Shown here in pieces: positions 48,246-61,125 of a DNA stretch of 61,749 bases. The notes beneath the pieces are model-generated. The model was not told the DNA's origin. It was given only the letters and a program-made list of their open reading frames with translations, and did not search any database. Each line of letters starts with the position of its first letter. The first letter of the stretch is position 1. A program made the translations under genes and the position numbers. Source of the stretch: Vermamoeba vermiformis (taxonomy: Eukaryota); NCBI GenBank assembly GCA_045837725.1, contig JBEWZL010000237.1, positions 124,001 to 185,749 of the forward strand, written 5' to 3'.

Positions 48246-49862
48246 TTATCCTTGCTGAATGTCGTCGAGCTCACCGGCGACTCGAAGTACTGCTCGGTAA
48301 CGGTATCCTTTGTTCTTTTCAAAGTTGTCGATTACTTTGTTGACTTCTTTAATGCTAAATAATTCTGTTTCAGCGGTCACGTAATACTTAGCACAGAAAG
48401 CAAGTGCTCTCTCAACAACTTCGGACGGAGCTCCGGAAGATCTGGAAAAAAAAGTTCGTTAGCTAAAAAGCAGGTCCGATATCAGATAACTTACCCGACT
48501 ACTTTACGTTGCTTATATAAGAGAGGCCAGACAGGAATGGTCAGGTTCTTGGGTGGAATGCCAGCCAAGCACAGCACGCCGTTCGGCTTCAAACAGTTCA
48601 ACAACGACTCCCAGTCTTGCTGCACATATGACGTGCTCAATATGAAGTCCAATCGCTCTGAAATAGTCGCCATTTCTAACTTGTTCGAAATATCAATGAA
48701 GCGAGAGGCACCGAGTTTTGCGGCGTCTAACAAATGTCAATACCGTGCCTTCAACGAACTATTGACGAGTCTTACCTCCGCGCTTGTCATCGCTGGTGCT
48801 CAGTACAGTCAATTCACAGCCGAGTCGTTCAACCATTTGTGCGAATAAGTGACCCAGACCACCAAATCCCAACAGCCCCACTCGCGAGTTGGGTTGGATG
48901 TCGTACTCCCTTTAGGAGTTATTAGACAGACTTCGATTATTATATAGATACAATACCATAGAGGCGAGAACACAGTTGCTCCGGCACACAAGAGCGGTGC
49001 CACGGACTCGGAGGGAAGTTCATCGGGAATTCTAAACACCCAGCGACTATCGAGTCTGAGTACATGTTGTTAGAGACCGAAATTCAGTCTAGTGTAACAG
49101 CGACAGACCTCACAAAGTCAGCGAATCCACCGCAAGCCCCATTCTGACCCATTTGAGCCATAGCTTGCGGACACAAGTTGTCGTAGCCAGATCTGCATTG
49201 CTCGCACAAGTGGCACGAGGACTTGAACCAGCCAGCACCGACACGGTCTCCAACTCTCAGCGGACGAAGCTGTCTGTACTCACCGATGTTGAGCATTTCG
49301 TTGCTCTTGTGGAATGATGGCGGCAGCTTCAATGGCGTGCCATCCAGATCCAGTCCTGGTGCCAAAACTTTTGGTCCAACAGCGTGGACTATACCGACTA
49401 TCTCGTGTCCTGCTTACTCGAATTAGTATGAACAATATGGTGTATACTATGATGACGTACCGGGAATGAAAGGGTAGGAAGTCATACCCAATTCATTGCG
49501 GATCATGGACACTTTTCGGGAACTTTGTTAGACTTTGCATTCTTCAAAAGCTCATAACTCGCGTGTACTAAGCAGGACTTACAGTCTGAATGACATACAC
49601 CACAATGCGTGATCTTAATTTCAACGTCGTAGTCTCCTAATGGCGGTGCAATAAATGCCCAGGGCTTCAGATCAATTCCTTTGGCAAAGGCTAAGCGTGC
49701 AATGCTAAATATAGCTCTATACGGAATATATTATTATCATTACTTACATGCATATCCTTTGATGATTGTTTCGCCTGGAAATAACTCGCGTTTGGGAAGT
49801 TCGTGTTGGATCTCGTTGATCTTGCCAACAATTTGTTGCGGGATCGAAGTAATAGCCTGCAT
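48246..49862 (-). CDS. Zinc-dependent NAD(P)-dependent alcohol dehydrogenase (cinnamyl-ADH-like MDR), multi-exon
   Basis: HCGVCHSD, GHEIVG, structural-zinc motif CHLCEQCRSGYDNLC, PLLCAGATVFSPL and GFGGLGH. A ~30-aa insertion precedes VGDRVG. Confidence 0.88.
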
Positions 49863-50348
49863 GTTGTTAGGGTATGATTGCAAACTAAACTTGAATTCGC
49901 ATTCTGTTCTTGTTCATTGTGTGTGTCCAGGGCTCAATTCGCTTGAACTTCGCTTGAAAATTCGATAACATGCAGATCTTTCGAATTTGGTCGTGTCTTG
50001 CCTCGCGGTTGGTTGATTAGCGAGAAATGCAAGATTCTCTTACGAGAAGGAGTCCTTTTTGTCCAGCCGGCAGACGGTTCTGGGACACAAACAGGCCTAC
50101 AGGACCACATGTCACGATCAACCAACACTGCCACTAAATCGTAAGGGTGTCAGTGCGCACCGTCGGACATTCCGTTATTCCGGAAGTATTGATAACCAAC
50201 GGATCTGTCATTATATTTGTCCTAATTAATTATTGCAGAATAAATAGTAACCGAACCTTTTGTTGACACTGCTAATTTTTTTAATTAGTAATTTTAATTT
50301 TTTAATTTAATCAAGGTAGATTATCACTTATGCCACTTGGAAAAAGAT

Positions 50349-53300
50349 TTACAGCACTAATACCACCACAGGGACTAGCGCGCACGTTGCCATCAAAGCC
50401 GCTGCTCCACTGACAATAGCGCGTGAACGTGGAGTGTTAGTGGTAGTGGTGCTCGGTGTGGTTGATGAAATTGGACTCGCGAGCGGAGCATTTGGGTTTG
50501 TGCCCGATAGCTCATCTGAAAGTTCCAGGTTAACAATGTTTACGACTAAAATCGGTTAAATGTACGTACTAGGAAGTTGCGCTGTTTGAACGCTAGCTAT
50601 GGCGGCTTCTGGAACAAGTACCGAGATCGCATCTGCTTTGTTTTCAACGAAGTCGAGAACAACGGCAGAAGAAGTGGCGCCATCTCCTGCTTTAACGACC
50701 ACGAGAATGATGGAAGTAGCTTGGCGCTTTGTCGCAGCAGAGAAAGTGACGTTCAATCTGTCACGACTTATGGACATGATCTCGGAGAGGTTTCCGACAA
50801 TGCTGCTAGATACAGCAATCAGCTGCTCAACGGTGGCCGATGACGTCATGTAGAAGGAAACATCTGCATATCGTGAGTACTATATATACTAAATCCTACT
50901 TAACGTACCAGCAGGGCACAGAAGTTGCTGATTGGCGATGTCAAAGGTCAAGTTGAACCCGTCAGAGTACCACGTGACAGTCACAGCATCACCTGATACA
51001 ATCTATCGACGAATCATTAGCACGATTAACACTACCCTTGGTGACGTACGTTGAAGGCACTCCGAGGATACACATGAGGTCTGCCAACTGAAAATTCAGT
51101 CGGAGGTGAGGCCGTAGCGATGTTCACGAAGTTGATTGAAGGACTCAATGTCACATTGCTCGAGGCTTGGTTGTTGTAAGCCATGTACGCCACGTATTGA
51201 TTGTCGCTGTCAATTTCCACACATTGCACAATCGGCACGACGCGCAGACCAGTGCACGCTTCGAGTCCCTTGTCGCAGAACGGCGTGGGGACCTGACAAT
51301 TGCATTGGAAAGGCGCAACTGGCACAACAGGCGTGGCTGCAATGATAATGCGTAAGTCTAGCTCGTGTTTGAGTCCCGTGACTTACCACAAGTTGAGTTG
51401 CTGCAGAAGTTCAAGCTGCAATCAGAGTTCTTAACGCACGTTTTGCCGACACCGCAAGCAGAGCAGAGTGGTCCTCCGCAGTCTACATCAGATTCTCCGT
51501 TATTTTTCACTGAGTCATCGCAAGTTTGAGCTGCACGTCAAGCAAGTTAGAGAGGAGACGGAATAAGGAATAAGCTTAACGTACTGCAAATATTGTTCGT
51601 GCACGCGCCAGTAGAGCAATCAGCAGCTGTGTTACAAGAATCTCCTGCTGAACATTTGTTGCAAGATCCGCCGCAGTCAACGCCAGTCTCGTCCTGGTTT
51701 TTTTCGCCATCGGAGCAAGTGGGTTCTACAAGAGTAAATATGAATATGATGCACAGCTTATATTAAAGACAGGCTCTTACGGCAAACAGAATTGGTGCAA
51801 ACGCTGCTCTTGCAGTCAGAGTTGACAGAGCACGACTTTGTGGCGGAACATTTCAAAGAACATGAGCCACCACAATCGACATCACCTTCATCTTGGTTCT
51901 TGATAGTATCAAAACAGGTAGGAGCGACTAAAAGTTAAATTAGTAAACGAATTCCTCCTCCTAAGTGTGGATGTGCCCTACCGCAGACTGTATTCTTGCA
52001 ATTCAGACTCGTACAGTCGTTGTTAACTGCACAGCGCTTAGCGTTTGCACAAGGTCCACAGACAGCTCCACCGCAATCCACGTCAGTCTCGTCTTGGTTC
52101 TTCACTCCGTCGGAGCACGTAGGGGCAGCTTTAACCAGACGTTTAGCCCCGATATTTTAATGAAGTTTCGATCAAAAGCCTACTTACCACATATAGAGCT
52201 GACGCAACGAAGACTCTGACAATCGCTGGACGAAGCACAGGCCTTACTGTCAGCACACTTGGCGCAGTTGGGACCACCACAGTCAACATCGGTTTCGCCC
52301 TGATTCTTGATATTATCGGAGCAGGCTGCAGCCACTAGCCGAGGAGTATATAGTCAGCCAATGGGGAATTAATGCGCTTGAAAAAAACATACCGCAAACG
52401 TTGTTGCTGCAATGAAGACTAGTGCAATCAGAATCAACGCTGCAAGACTTGGTGTTGGCGCATGCATTGCACGTGCTGCCACCGCAATCTACGTCAGTCT
52501 CGTCTTGGTTTTTCACTGAATCAGAGCACGAGGGAGCCGCTGAAGGAAGCAAAGTAAGTGACTTGATGCATGCTTGACGCCCACTTGATACTTACCGCAC
52601 TTGGAATTAACGCAGTTAAGACTGATGCAATCGGTGTTCAGTGCACAAGACTTTGTCGTAGCACATCGGCCACAACTGCCACCGCAATCCACGTCTGTCT
52701 CGTCTTGGTTCTTAATCGAGTCATCGCAAGTAGGTGCAGCTGTGTATCGTCAGCACTGATACTAATTTAAACCTATTCTAGCTTACCGCAAACAGAATTG
52801 AGACAGCGCGAACTAGTGCAGTCTGAATTGGCAGCGCATTGTTTGCTTGGGGCACACTTGGCACTGCAAGTGGATCCACCACAGTCGGCATCAGTTTCGT
52901 CCTGATTCTTCTTGCCATCCGAGCACGTGGGAGCCACTTTAAGTAACGACGAAATTAGGTACGAGTCAGACTAGAACACTGCAACTTACAACAGACAGAT
53001 CCGACGCAGTTGTTTATAGTACAGTCGGCATCGATAGAACAAGCCTTATTTAGAGCACATTTGTTGCACGATCCACCACAATCCACGTCAGTCTCGTCGC
53101 CACTTTTAGTGCCATCCGAACAAGTTGTAGCAGCTAAGCCGCGTTAGCACTTGAATTCAACTTAATTCTCATATCTTACCGCAGACATTTGAAGTGCATT
53201 TAAAACTCAAGCAATCAGATGCTTTCGTGCAAGCTTTTCCATCATTGCATACTGCGCAAGTAGTACCACCGCAATCCACATCTGTTTCGTCTTGGTTTTT

Positions 53301-54875
53301 AATGCTATCTGAGCAAGTAGCAGTGACTAAAGGATTGAGTAAGTACAGCATATATTTTCATATGAGCAGATGCTTACGGCACACTCCGCCGGAGCAAGAC
53401 AAGGATGAGCAATCGGATGCGCTCTTGCACTGCTTGCCAACGGCGCACTTGTAAGAACCTCGGCAATTATCACCACCGCAGTCAACGTCAGTTTCTCCGA
53501 AGTTCTTAATACCATCAGCGCACGCGGTGACTAAAAATAGAAACCGTTAACTAATTTACCAAAAAAGGTAACAGAATCTTTTTTATCTTCCCATGGCAAT
53601 CCGGCAAGATCTAAAGCTACGTAATCTTACGTACCACAAACATTATTAACGCAGGTGTTCTCAAGGCAGTCCAGTGAGTTAACGCAAGTCTTGCCATTTT
53701 GGCACTTTTCACAAGTATTGCCGCCGCAATCCACATCCGATTCACCAATCGAAGTAGTCTTCGAACCATCCGCGCAAAGTGCATGAGGGGCCATAGACAC
53801 TCCAAAAAATTCTCCGCCGTTGGCTACAACGCTAAGCATAGTAAGATCGGAGTATTTAACCACAAAGTTTGGAGTTGCAATGTATAATATGACATTGCCA
53901 CTGCTATCCACCTCTCCTGTAATAGCATTGGCAGCATTTACTGAAGTTGTGCCTTGCGCATTCCAAGTAGTGCCGTCGTAAGTATATTTACGTAGCACAC
54001 CGCTAGAGGATGCATCGACCAAATAGAGCAAGTCATAACCCTTAACTGTGGTGCTAACATCAAACATGACAAAATCTCGGAAAGAAGTACCGCTACCACT
54101 GATCAGAGCCGTCAATGGTCCAGATGTAGGCAAGCCAGATCCAGGAGTTCCGACTAGGAAGAAATTTACGTCGTCGTGCATATAAAGGTTGTTACCAAAT
54201 ACGCGCAATGTGCGTGCGTACTGGCCGAGAATGGGATTTGAAGCCATCTTATACTGATTGTTTCCATTTACATCGGCCGTTAAAATGTCCGTGTGACCTG
54301 AAGTGTACATCCGCTCTTTAGTTAGGACGGCAGAAAGGATAAATGTGAGAATCTCGCCTCCCCAAGCATGTTGAAGCACCACAGAGCCGCTTTCACCGAA
54401 AAACGTTGAAACTCGCTGCGGATTTGGTGGATATTGAGCAACCGGGTCAGAAGCACCAACAGCAATATCGATACAACCAATTCCAACAACTGTTCGATTC
54501 GGGGATATAGAAAGCTTTCCTTCCACGGTGTAGCCAGAGACTACACATCGATAACCGTAAGGAGTTGTGGAACTATCCAAGCGATTAATTTAATATTAAG
54601 AAAATATTATATTTATCATGTGCTTACGTCGGCAGAGCCACTACTTGCACTGTTGTCCCGCTGGGTGTATATTCAATAATGTTTACTGCCTTGCCGCTAT
54701 ACACACCTGAAATACAATCAGAATTGCCGATTCAACTTTGTTCCATAAATAATTGATATTTACCGTTAGAAGCGGTATGTTGAGACACCGCAATATTTCC
54801 CTGTGTAAATGCAGCGCCGTTGCAAAGTGCTACACTGAGCGCGAACAGCACCAACAACCGAAGAGAGTACTTCAT
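50349..54875 (-). CDS. Large secreted, GPI-like surface protein: N-terminal beta-rich domain, 12 Cys-rich 'ETDVDCGG' repeats, further extracellular domains
   Basis: Signal peptide MKYSLRLLVLFALSVALCNG, repeat consensus TCSDxxKNQDETDVDCGGxxCxxCxxxKxCxxxxDCxSxxCxxxVC, and terminus SGAAALMATCALVPVVVLVL*. Confidence 0.82.
51386..53790 (-). repeat. Tandem array of 12 Cys-rich coding repeats (~200 bp period, exon plus intron)
   Basis: A plus-strand motif of type ccaccgca(a/g)tc(c/a)acgtcagtctcgtcttggtt recurs about every 195-205 bp. Confidence 0.9.
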
Positions 54876-55104
54876 CAGTGTTCCTCAGTCTTGGTAGTCG
54901 AAATTATTGCTTAAACTATAGCAATTTACTTGAACGGGTAAAGCTTGAAAATCAGTTATTTTTTTATTTTGGCTTGGGAGAGATCCCACGCCCAACTGCT
55001 AAATACGGCAAAATTCAAATTTAGCTGATTACGTTTTGCCGACATAAATAGAACTGTAAATTATTGTTTGCTCATTTCTTATTATTTTTCTTAACATAGA
55101 GAAC

Positions 55105-56524
55105 ATGTTCCAAGCTAAGTTATTTGTATTGCTTTTATTCGTCGCTTCGGTCTGGACGGATTGCGTCTTGCAACCAGGCACGTCGGTTTACCCGACCACT
55201 ATTACGAACCCAACAGGAACCATTACCTTCGATGATCTTGGTCTTTCAGGCTCGCTTGGATGGGTTTACACAAGCTCTCCTCTAACTGTATACAATGCCA
55301 ACGGTATTACCGCGGTAGTTACTTCTCCCTCCGGTTCCATTACCACATCGGCGACTGGATTTACAAATACCGATGTACAATGGGTTGGCGGCGCGAATGC
55401 TTGGTCAACAAACGATGGCAACGTTGGTTACTATGCCCAATATAACGTCAAAATTACGTTTACCCCGCCAGTCTATAGTGTTTCTATGCGATTGGCTGGT
55501 TCACCTAGTACTTCTAGTCTTATTATTTACGACTCCGATGGCAACGAGATCAGCTGCCTCCAAGAATATGGAATACCAAGTGTTAAGAACGGTTACACAA
55601 CTCAAGGCTTTGCTGTCGGTAACCCCTATTGCAGCACTTCTTTTGAATGGATATTTGGTGGCAGACCAGATTCAGTTTGGTAAAGATTGAAAATTCTATC
55701 AACTTGTCTAATCCGTTCTTCAGCAAAACGCTTATGCACGGCAAATTCATGCGATCCGAATGCCGATTGCATAAACAACTCAGCCAACACGGGAGTCTTA
55801 TGTTCTTGCAAAAGTGGATACGAAGGAGACGGCACAACTTGCACTGGTAATGAGCCTATTTTTGAGAGTAATATATTTCTAATTACGCTTACGTTAGACA
55901 CTAACGAGTGCAATGTTCCAACTAGTCCGTGCCCTCCTCACTCCACGTGTTACAATTTGCCAGGAACTTATAACTGCACCTGCGACAGCGGTTACGAACA
56001 GAATGGCACGGACTGCATCGGTGAGTGGCGTATTGTTGCTGCGTATATGTATTAATAATACACCGTAGATATTGATGAGTGCCCGACTGTTACATGCGGA
56101 GCTAACGCTGCTTGTGAAAACTTACCGGGTTCGTTCCAATGCGTGTGCAACAGTGGCTACGAAGGAGACGGTTACAATTGTACCGGTATGTAATAGTAAT
56201 TTGGGCCAGCAAGTATAGTTCTAGAGTTCTAACATCTTCGCAGACATTGACGAGTGCAAGCAAAACCCGTGCGATCCAAACGCGCTATGTACCAACGTAC
56301 CAGGTTCGTTCAATTGCACTTGCAATGAGGGCTACACCGGTGATGGCCTCTCTTGTGTGGGTCCGCCAGTGGCTACACCCGTTGCAGCTCCGGAATCTGT
56401 GCCTGTCGTAGCCGCGCCCGTGAAGCAACCTGTCGCTGCACCTATTTCCAAGGTCAGCAGTGCGTCATTTGGTCGTGCAGCTTTGACTGTCGTTTTGGGT
56501 CTTGCTGCAGTGATTATTTTGTAG
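55105..56524 (+). CDS. Secreted protein with four EGF / Ca-EGF domains and a GPI-like C-terminus, multi-exon
   Basis: Signal peptide. Ca-EGF exons beginning DTNEC and DIDEC ([18 protein letters not shown]). Hydrophobic end [15 protein letters not shown]. Confidence 0.82.
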
Positions 56525-56819
56525 TGTCAGAGTATTTTAATTTTGTATTGACAAGAGAGGAATTACCGATCTTCTTCCAGTATTAAAATTCAAATAATTA
56601 AAGAATAATTTCTACCGATAGTACGTGCGAACACTCAATTTTATTGGCTGAAATAAAATAAAAATAAATATTTCAAATTAAACATTGTAAATGTCGATCT
56701 GATAAGAATTGAAAGGACTTACTAGGGGCGAGGAACTATGCCAAACAGCGAGATAATATTGTAGTGTGGTAACGTAAAACGGCGTGTCTCTGGTTGTTTG
56801 TCGAGTTAATCAATAAAAA

Positions 56820-58540
56820 ATGGAGAGAGCAACAGATGACAATCCAGAAGAGCTCAAACAGCAAGCCAAAGAGTTGTATAATAAAGGCATAGCGCTGTTA
56901 GATGACTTGGATAAGAACCACGTCAAATATAGCAAAGTTGAAGGGATAGAGAAGTTTCGGCGGCGCGTGCAAGCAGAATTGATTTTTTAAATAATGTAAG
57001 CAGGTTCACCATGGATAATTAGACGCAGAATACAATTATTTAAGCAGCTAAATTAATTTAAAAATGTTGGTGAATTATTTCAATTTCTCGCAAATTTCTC
57101 TAATTTCAATCTCCCTTCTCCTCGATTATATTGCTGAATTTAGATCAATAATAATACTCTTTAAATATCGTCAATACTTGACAGACGCGCTAACGACCTC
57201 ATTTTCAGCTGATTACGAATCCAGCCGTGGCAATTAAAAAAACTCATGTAAATTGTACAAATTTGTATCATTATAGGTGCGTGCAATGTTTATTCTAATA
57301 ATTTTATCTCATTTTTTCTTAGCGCTGTGTACGAGACATTTTCAACGGAGAAAAACGTCGTGGCAGTTTTTAAAGTATTTGATTACCATAATAAGGTACC
57401 TTCCTTATCGTGCCAATATTGAATAGAGCATGAGTTAATTTGTCGCAGAATAAAATCAAGAAAGTTGAAGTTGACGTCGTGTCACACAACGGCTGCTGTT
57501 GGATCAAAGTGAAGGCCATGAAAGCGAGCTCAGTGCACAGCATTTCAATCGGAGACAGTTCTTACGGCGAGAAAAGTATTAACGACTTTGTTGAAGAGTT
57601 GATAGTAAGTGTGACTCGATGCTATTGAATTATAGTACTATGAGCACGTATTTATAACGTTCCAAGGGCTGTGCCAAACAACATGAAGTGCATTACAACG
57701 TGCCTGTTGTGGTCGTCAAGTTCAGCAAAGGCATCACTGAAGATGTCGCTGAAGAATTGCACGAGCTCGGAGCGATTGTCCACGGACCACTTTATGACGA
57801 GGAAAATCAGCCGGTGACTCGACCAGACCTCGTACACCCACATTTAATAGCACAGCTCGAGGCCATGGAAACAATCGAGTACCCGCGCCTCGTCAATTTA
57901 GACGTCACAGCGTTAATCAACATCAGCAGTGACGTCACAAACGGCGGTGCGTTCGTCGAATTTGACGATGAGATTTTGAATATGCAAGCACGAGAAGAAC
58001 AAATAGAGCAGTCAGTACCCAAGTTAATGAAGTTTTTGGAAGGTCGAGATGTGTTTATTACTAAGACAGCTCATGAAAAGTTTATTGGACTGTTGGAGCT
58101 CGTTGGAGGTTAGTTACGCGTCAAGTAGCAATAATTCTAATTACTAATGATGTCGTTGAAGGCGAGAAAGAGATTAAGCGCGGCAAGGAGTTTTTACAGC
58201 GCTTGAGAATTGTTGACGATGACCCCTCTGAACGCGTGATGAAATTGAAGAATGGTGCCAAGATACAAGATCAGCACAAGAAGATATTTGGCACGGGCGA
58301 CAAGCTCAAGGCAATCACAGTGTAAGTGATGAATAGAAGTCGATTAGAACGAGTACTAACACTTTCAAAAGTACTGGCAATCGATCGTTTGTCGCGGCAG
58401 CAGAGCACGCAGGAGTTAGTCTGAGTATTTTTTATCAACCGGCACGGGCCCTGACGGAGCAGAAAGCAATGCAAAAACAACAAATAGCAAACAATAGTAA
58501 TACACCAGTTGATGGCAGTACAAGCTCAAACACTGGTTAA
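56820..58540 (+). CDS. UPF0415 / C7orf25-like (DUF1308) protein, multi-exon
   Basis: Motifs VEVDVVSHNGCCWIKVKA, VNLDVTALINISSDVTNGG, IFGTGDKLKAITVTGNRSFV and QPARALTEQK. Confidence 0.85.
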
Positions 58541-58838
58541 TAAAAAACTCTGGCACTACATGGGACATGTCCCATTTGATAAGTACACACAATGTTTCAT
58601 CGGGTGTCAAATCTTGTCAGCCCACTTTTTAATAACGAGTTGCGCATTTCTTGGCCAATAACTTAGTTGCAACCATACAAGCACGAGTAATGGCTTACAA
58701 GGTACGGAGCAGTACACGTCTAATAATTTGACGGGAAGAACAAAATTGCCGATGAAAATGTCAGTAAAAAATCGTTTTATTGCTCTAATATTACGGTATC
58801 ATACTAGTATTAATTAGTAATATTAATAGGTGCACAAT

Positions 58839-59951
58839 ATGAATTATTTCGCCTTGCTAATATTCGTAATCGTAATTTTCGGTTGCAACGCTCAAGAACT
58901 CGGCTCTACGATAAGTTTCCGAGGAGACTGGGAAAATGGTATCACTGGTGTTGGTAATTGGGCCGGTAAAGAGTGTGCGCGTCCGAATGCCTCGTGCCAG
59001 CTGATCACAGAGCCGGTGCGACAAGGCAAATACGCAGCTCGATTCGAAGTGACCGAGAATGATTATATTGGCGTTGGCGAGCGTGCTGAAGTAAATAGCA
59101 TTATCAATGCTACCGGTGCAATAGATCATGCTGAAAACATACCTGGTAAATTACGCAACAATTTATTAGATCTCGGATGCTGACCTTCTGTATCTTAGGA
59201 ACTGTATTCTTCTATGCATTTAGTGCTTACTTGCCTTCTCCATATGTAACTGGCACTATTTGGACGATTTTGTTGCAAATGCACGGACCAAACTTGTGGC
59301 CCTACCTCAGCACATCCCCTTCTTTTGCAGTGAGCGCCCAAAATGAGTATGCGATTCACGTCAATGGAGGAGTTAAGAACGGCACAACAAAAAACCGGAA
59401 TACTGAGTATCAGTTCTCGGACGCAGAAATCATTCCTGACTCGTGGGAGGACTTTGTGTTCGAGATCAAGTGGGACATTGAAAACAAAGCGTACATCAAT
59501 GGCTGGCGCAGACGATGGGGCCAAGGCCAGAAAGAATTCACGCAAGTGCTACGCGTGACCAACGAATCCACACTGATGTACGACTCGAACTTGGTGGTCA
59601 ATGGTAGGACTTGCACGTGACGTTCATGCAACTCGATCACTCATTGCCTAATTAGGAAATATTACCGGAACTGTGAGTGATTGGCACTACTGGAAGCACG
59701 GCGTCTACCGCGGCTTTCCGCACCTGACTCCAAATGCAACCGTGGCCATTCTCGACGGCTTCACACGTGCGCTGACATTCGCGGACGCAGCGTACGGTGC
59801 TTTTGGCGACGTGCCTGTTGCGCCGAGTGCTGGGCCTGGTCAGTCCAATCAGCCTGGAGTCAAAACACCGAGCACTGTGACATCAGACACTGCTAGTTTG
59901 GTTGTTAATGTCGTTGTTAGTGTAATTGTGTTATTAACTGCTTTGTGGTGA
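58839..59951 (+). CDS. Secreted polysaccharide-lyase-like (jelly-roll, heparinase I/PL20-like) protein with a GPI-like tail, 3 exons
   Basis: Motifs PVRQGKYAARFEV, GERAEV, ILLQMHG, WEDFVFEIKW and YWKHGVYR. Signal peptide and hydrophobic C-terminus. Confidence 0.72.
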
Positions 59952-60052
59952 ATAAAGTGAATTGACCAGAATAGAAATTTCGCGCGTGACAGACGATCAG
60001 CCCCGGACCACAGTTTAATTTAATTTTAATTACTCATCATTTCACCACAACT

Positions 60053-61125
60053 ATGTCTGATAAGTGGGTGTCTATTGTCGGCTTTGCTTCGTTGCTGTCA
60101 GGTACTGAGCCAAAAGATCTGTTGATCCGGATTGCGGGGGAATGATTGGCAATTATTTAAAATAATAGAACATCTTACATATTTTTATCAAATGCAATTC
60201 CTTTTATCGCATGTAACTTGTATAAAACAAAGTATTTTTTAATTTACTTATAAATTATTTTGCTTTATTAGGAGCGCATTCAATATCAAGTGTTTTACAA
60301 TATATTATTTTTGATGCTAATAGTATTTTGTATTTAGAAAAATCAGCACGAGCTAGCTTTCCGGATCTGCAAAACTTTCGCAAAGGCATTGTAAAGGGCT
60401 ACAGACGTATATTTGCGCACTCAGCACCTATATTCTTCGAGCGCAAGATTGCTCGTATCGAAACTAAGGTTTGAATATAATTGACAACTGCATTAATTTT
60501 GAGGCAACGATTGACATCCACTCGTTTTATGTTCAACAGGAGTATTCCAGCTGTTCAGCGGAAGAATCAGCTAACAATGACCTGATAGTATCAGTATTCG
60601 AAATACCCGAGTCATTCATGCCAATATTCTATGAGCGCGAGCACGAATTCCGTTACGCGAACGTACAGCCACTCAACCTCGATGGATCTTCCATGGGAGT
60701 AACGGTATGTGGACTAATATAGGTATTTATATCAAATAGCTCATTTATCTATGGTTAGGCTATTATGTGCGTTAAATTTACAGACGAAGAATATAGACGA
60801 GAACGGATCAAGTCAGAAGAAGATTGGCATCAGAGGTAACCGCTAATCAGATAGCTATATATATTGTCTTATTAAGATAATTATAATTAGATACGGCCGT
60901 TGGGGAGTGGAGAAGATCTGGGACGACACATTGCTGCCGTGCCGCGTGTATTTAAGGCACTGCATATTAGCCTCAATTAGATTCGGTGAAGATGCGCATA
61001 ATAATTTTATGGATCATTCATATCTAGCCGATAGAACTACAACGATCAGACAATATATTACGACACATCCGGAAATTATGAATGAATTGCCTCCTGAACA
61101 TTTACAAGAGCGATATAATGGATAA
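60053..61125 (+). CDS. Conserved protein with a gamma-glutamylcyclotransferase/ChaC-like N-terminus, 5 exons
   Basis: SIVGFASLLSEKSARASFPDLQNFR...GYRRIFAH, EREHEFRY, LPCRVYLRHC, YLADRTTTIRQY and ERYNG*. Resembles an uncharacterised plant/protist family (recalled). Confidence 0.7.

Noticed and set aside
51386-53790. Regularly spaced repeats superficially like a CRISPR array
   Set aside because: The repeats are degenerate, protein-coding exons separated by GT-AG introns, and there are no cas genes.
55619-55723. Apparent premature TAA (55681) between the N-terminal domain and the EGF exons
   Set aside because: A 105-nt intron GTAACC...CTAAT...CAG (55619-55723) removes it in frame, so neither a pseudogene nor readthrough is needed. 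A 1-nt indel near 55610 with a 44-nt intron is also possible.
58560-58575. Perfect 16-bp palindrome ATGGGACATGTCCCAT containing a p53-like half-site
   Set aside because: It is an isolated copy, and a palindrome of this length has a fair chance of occurring once in 62 kb.
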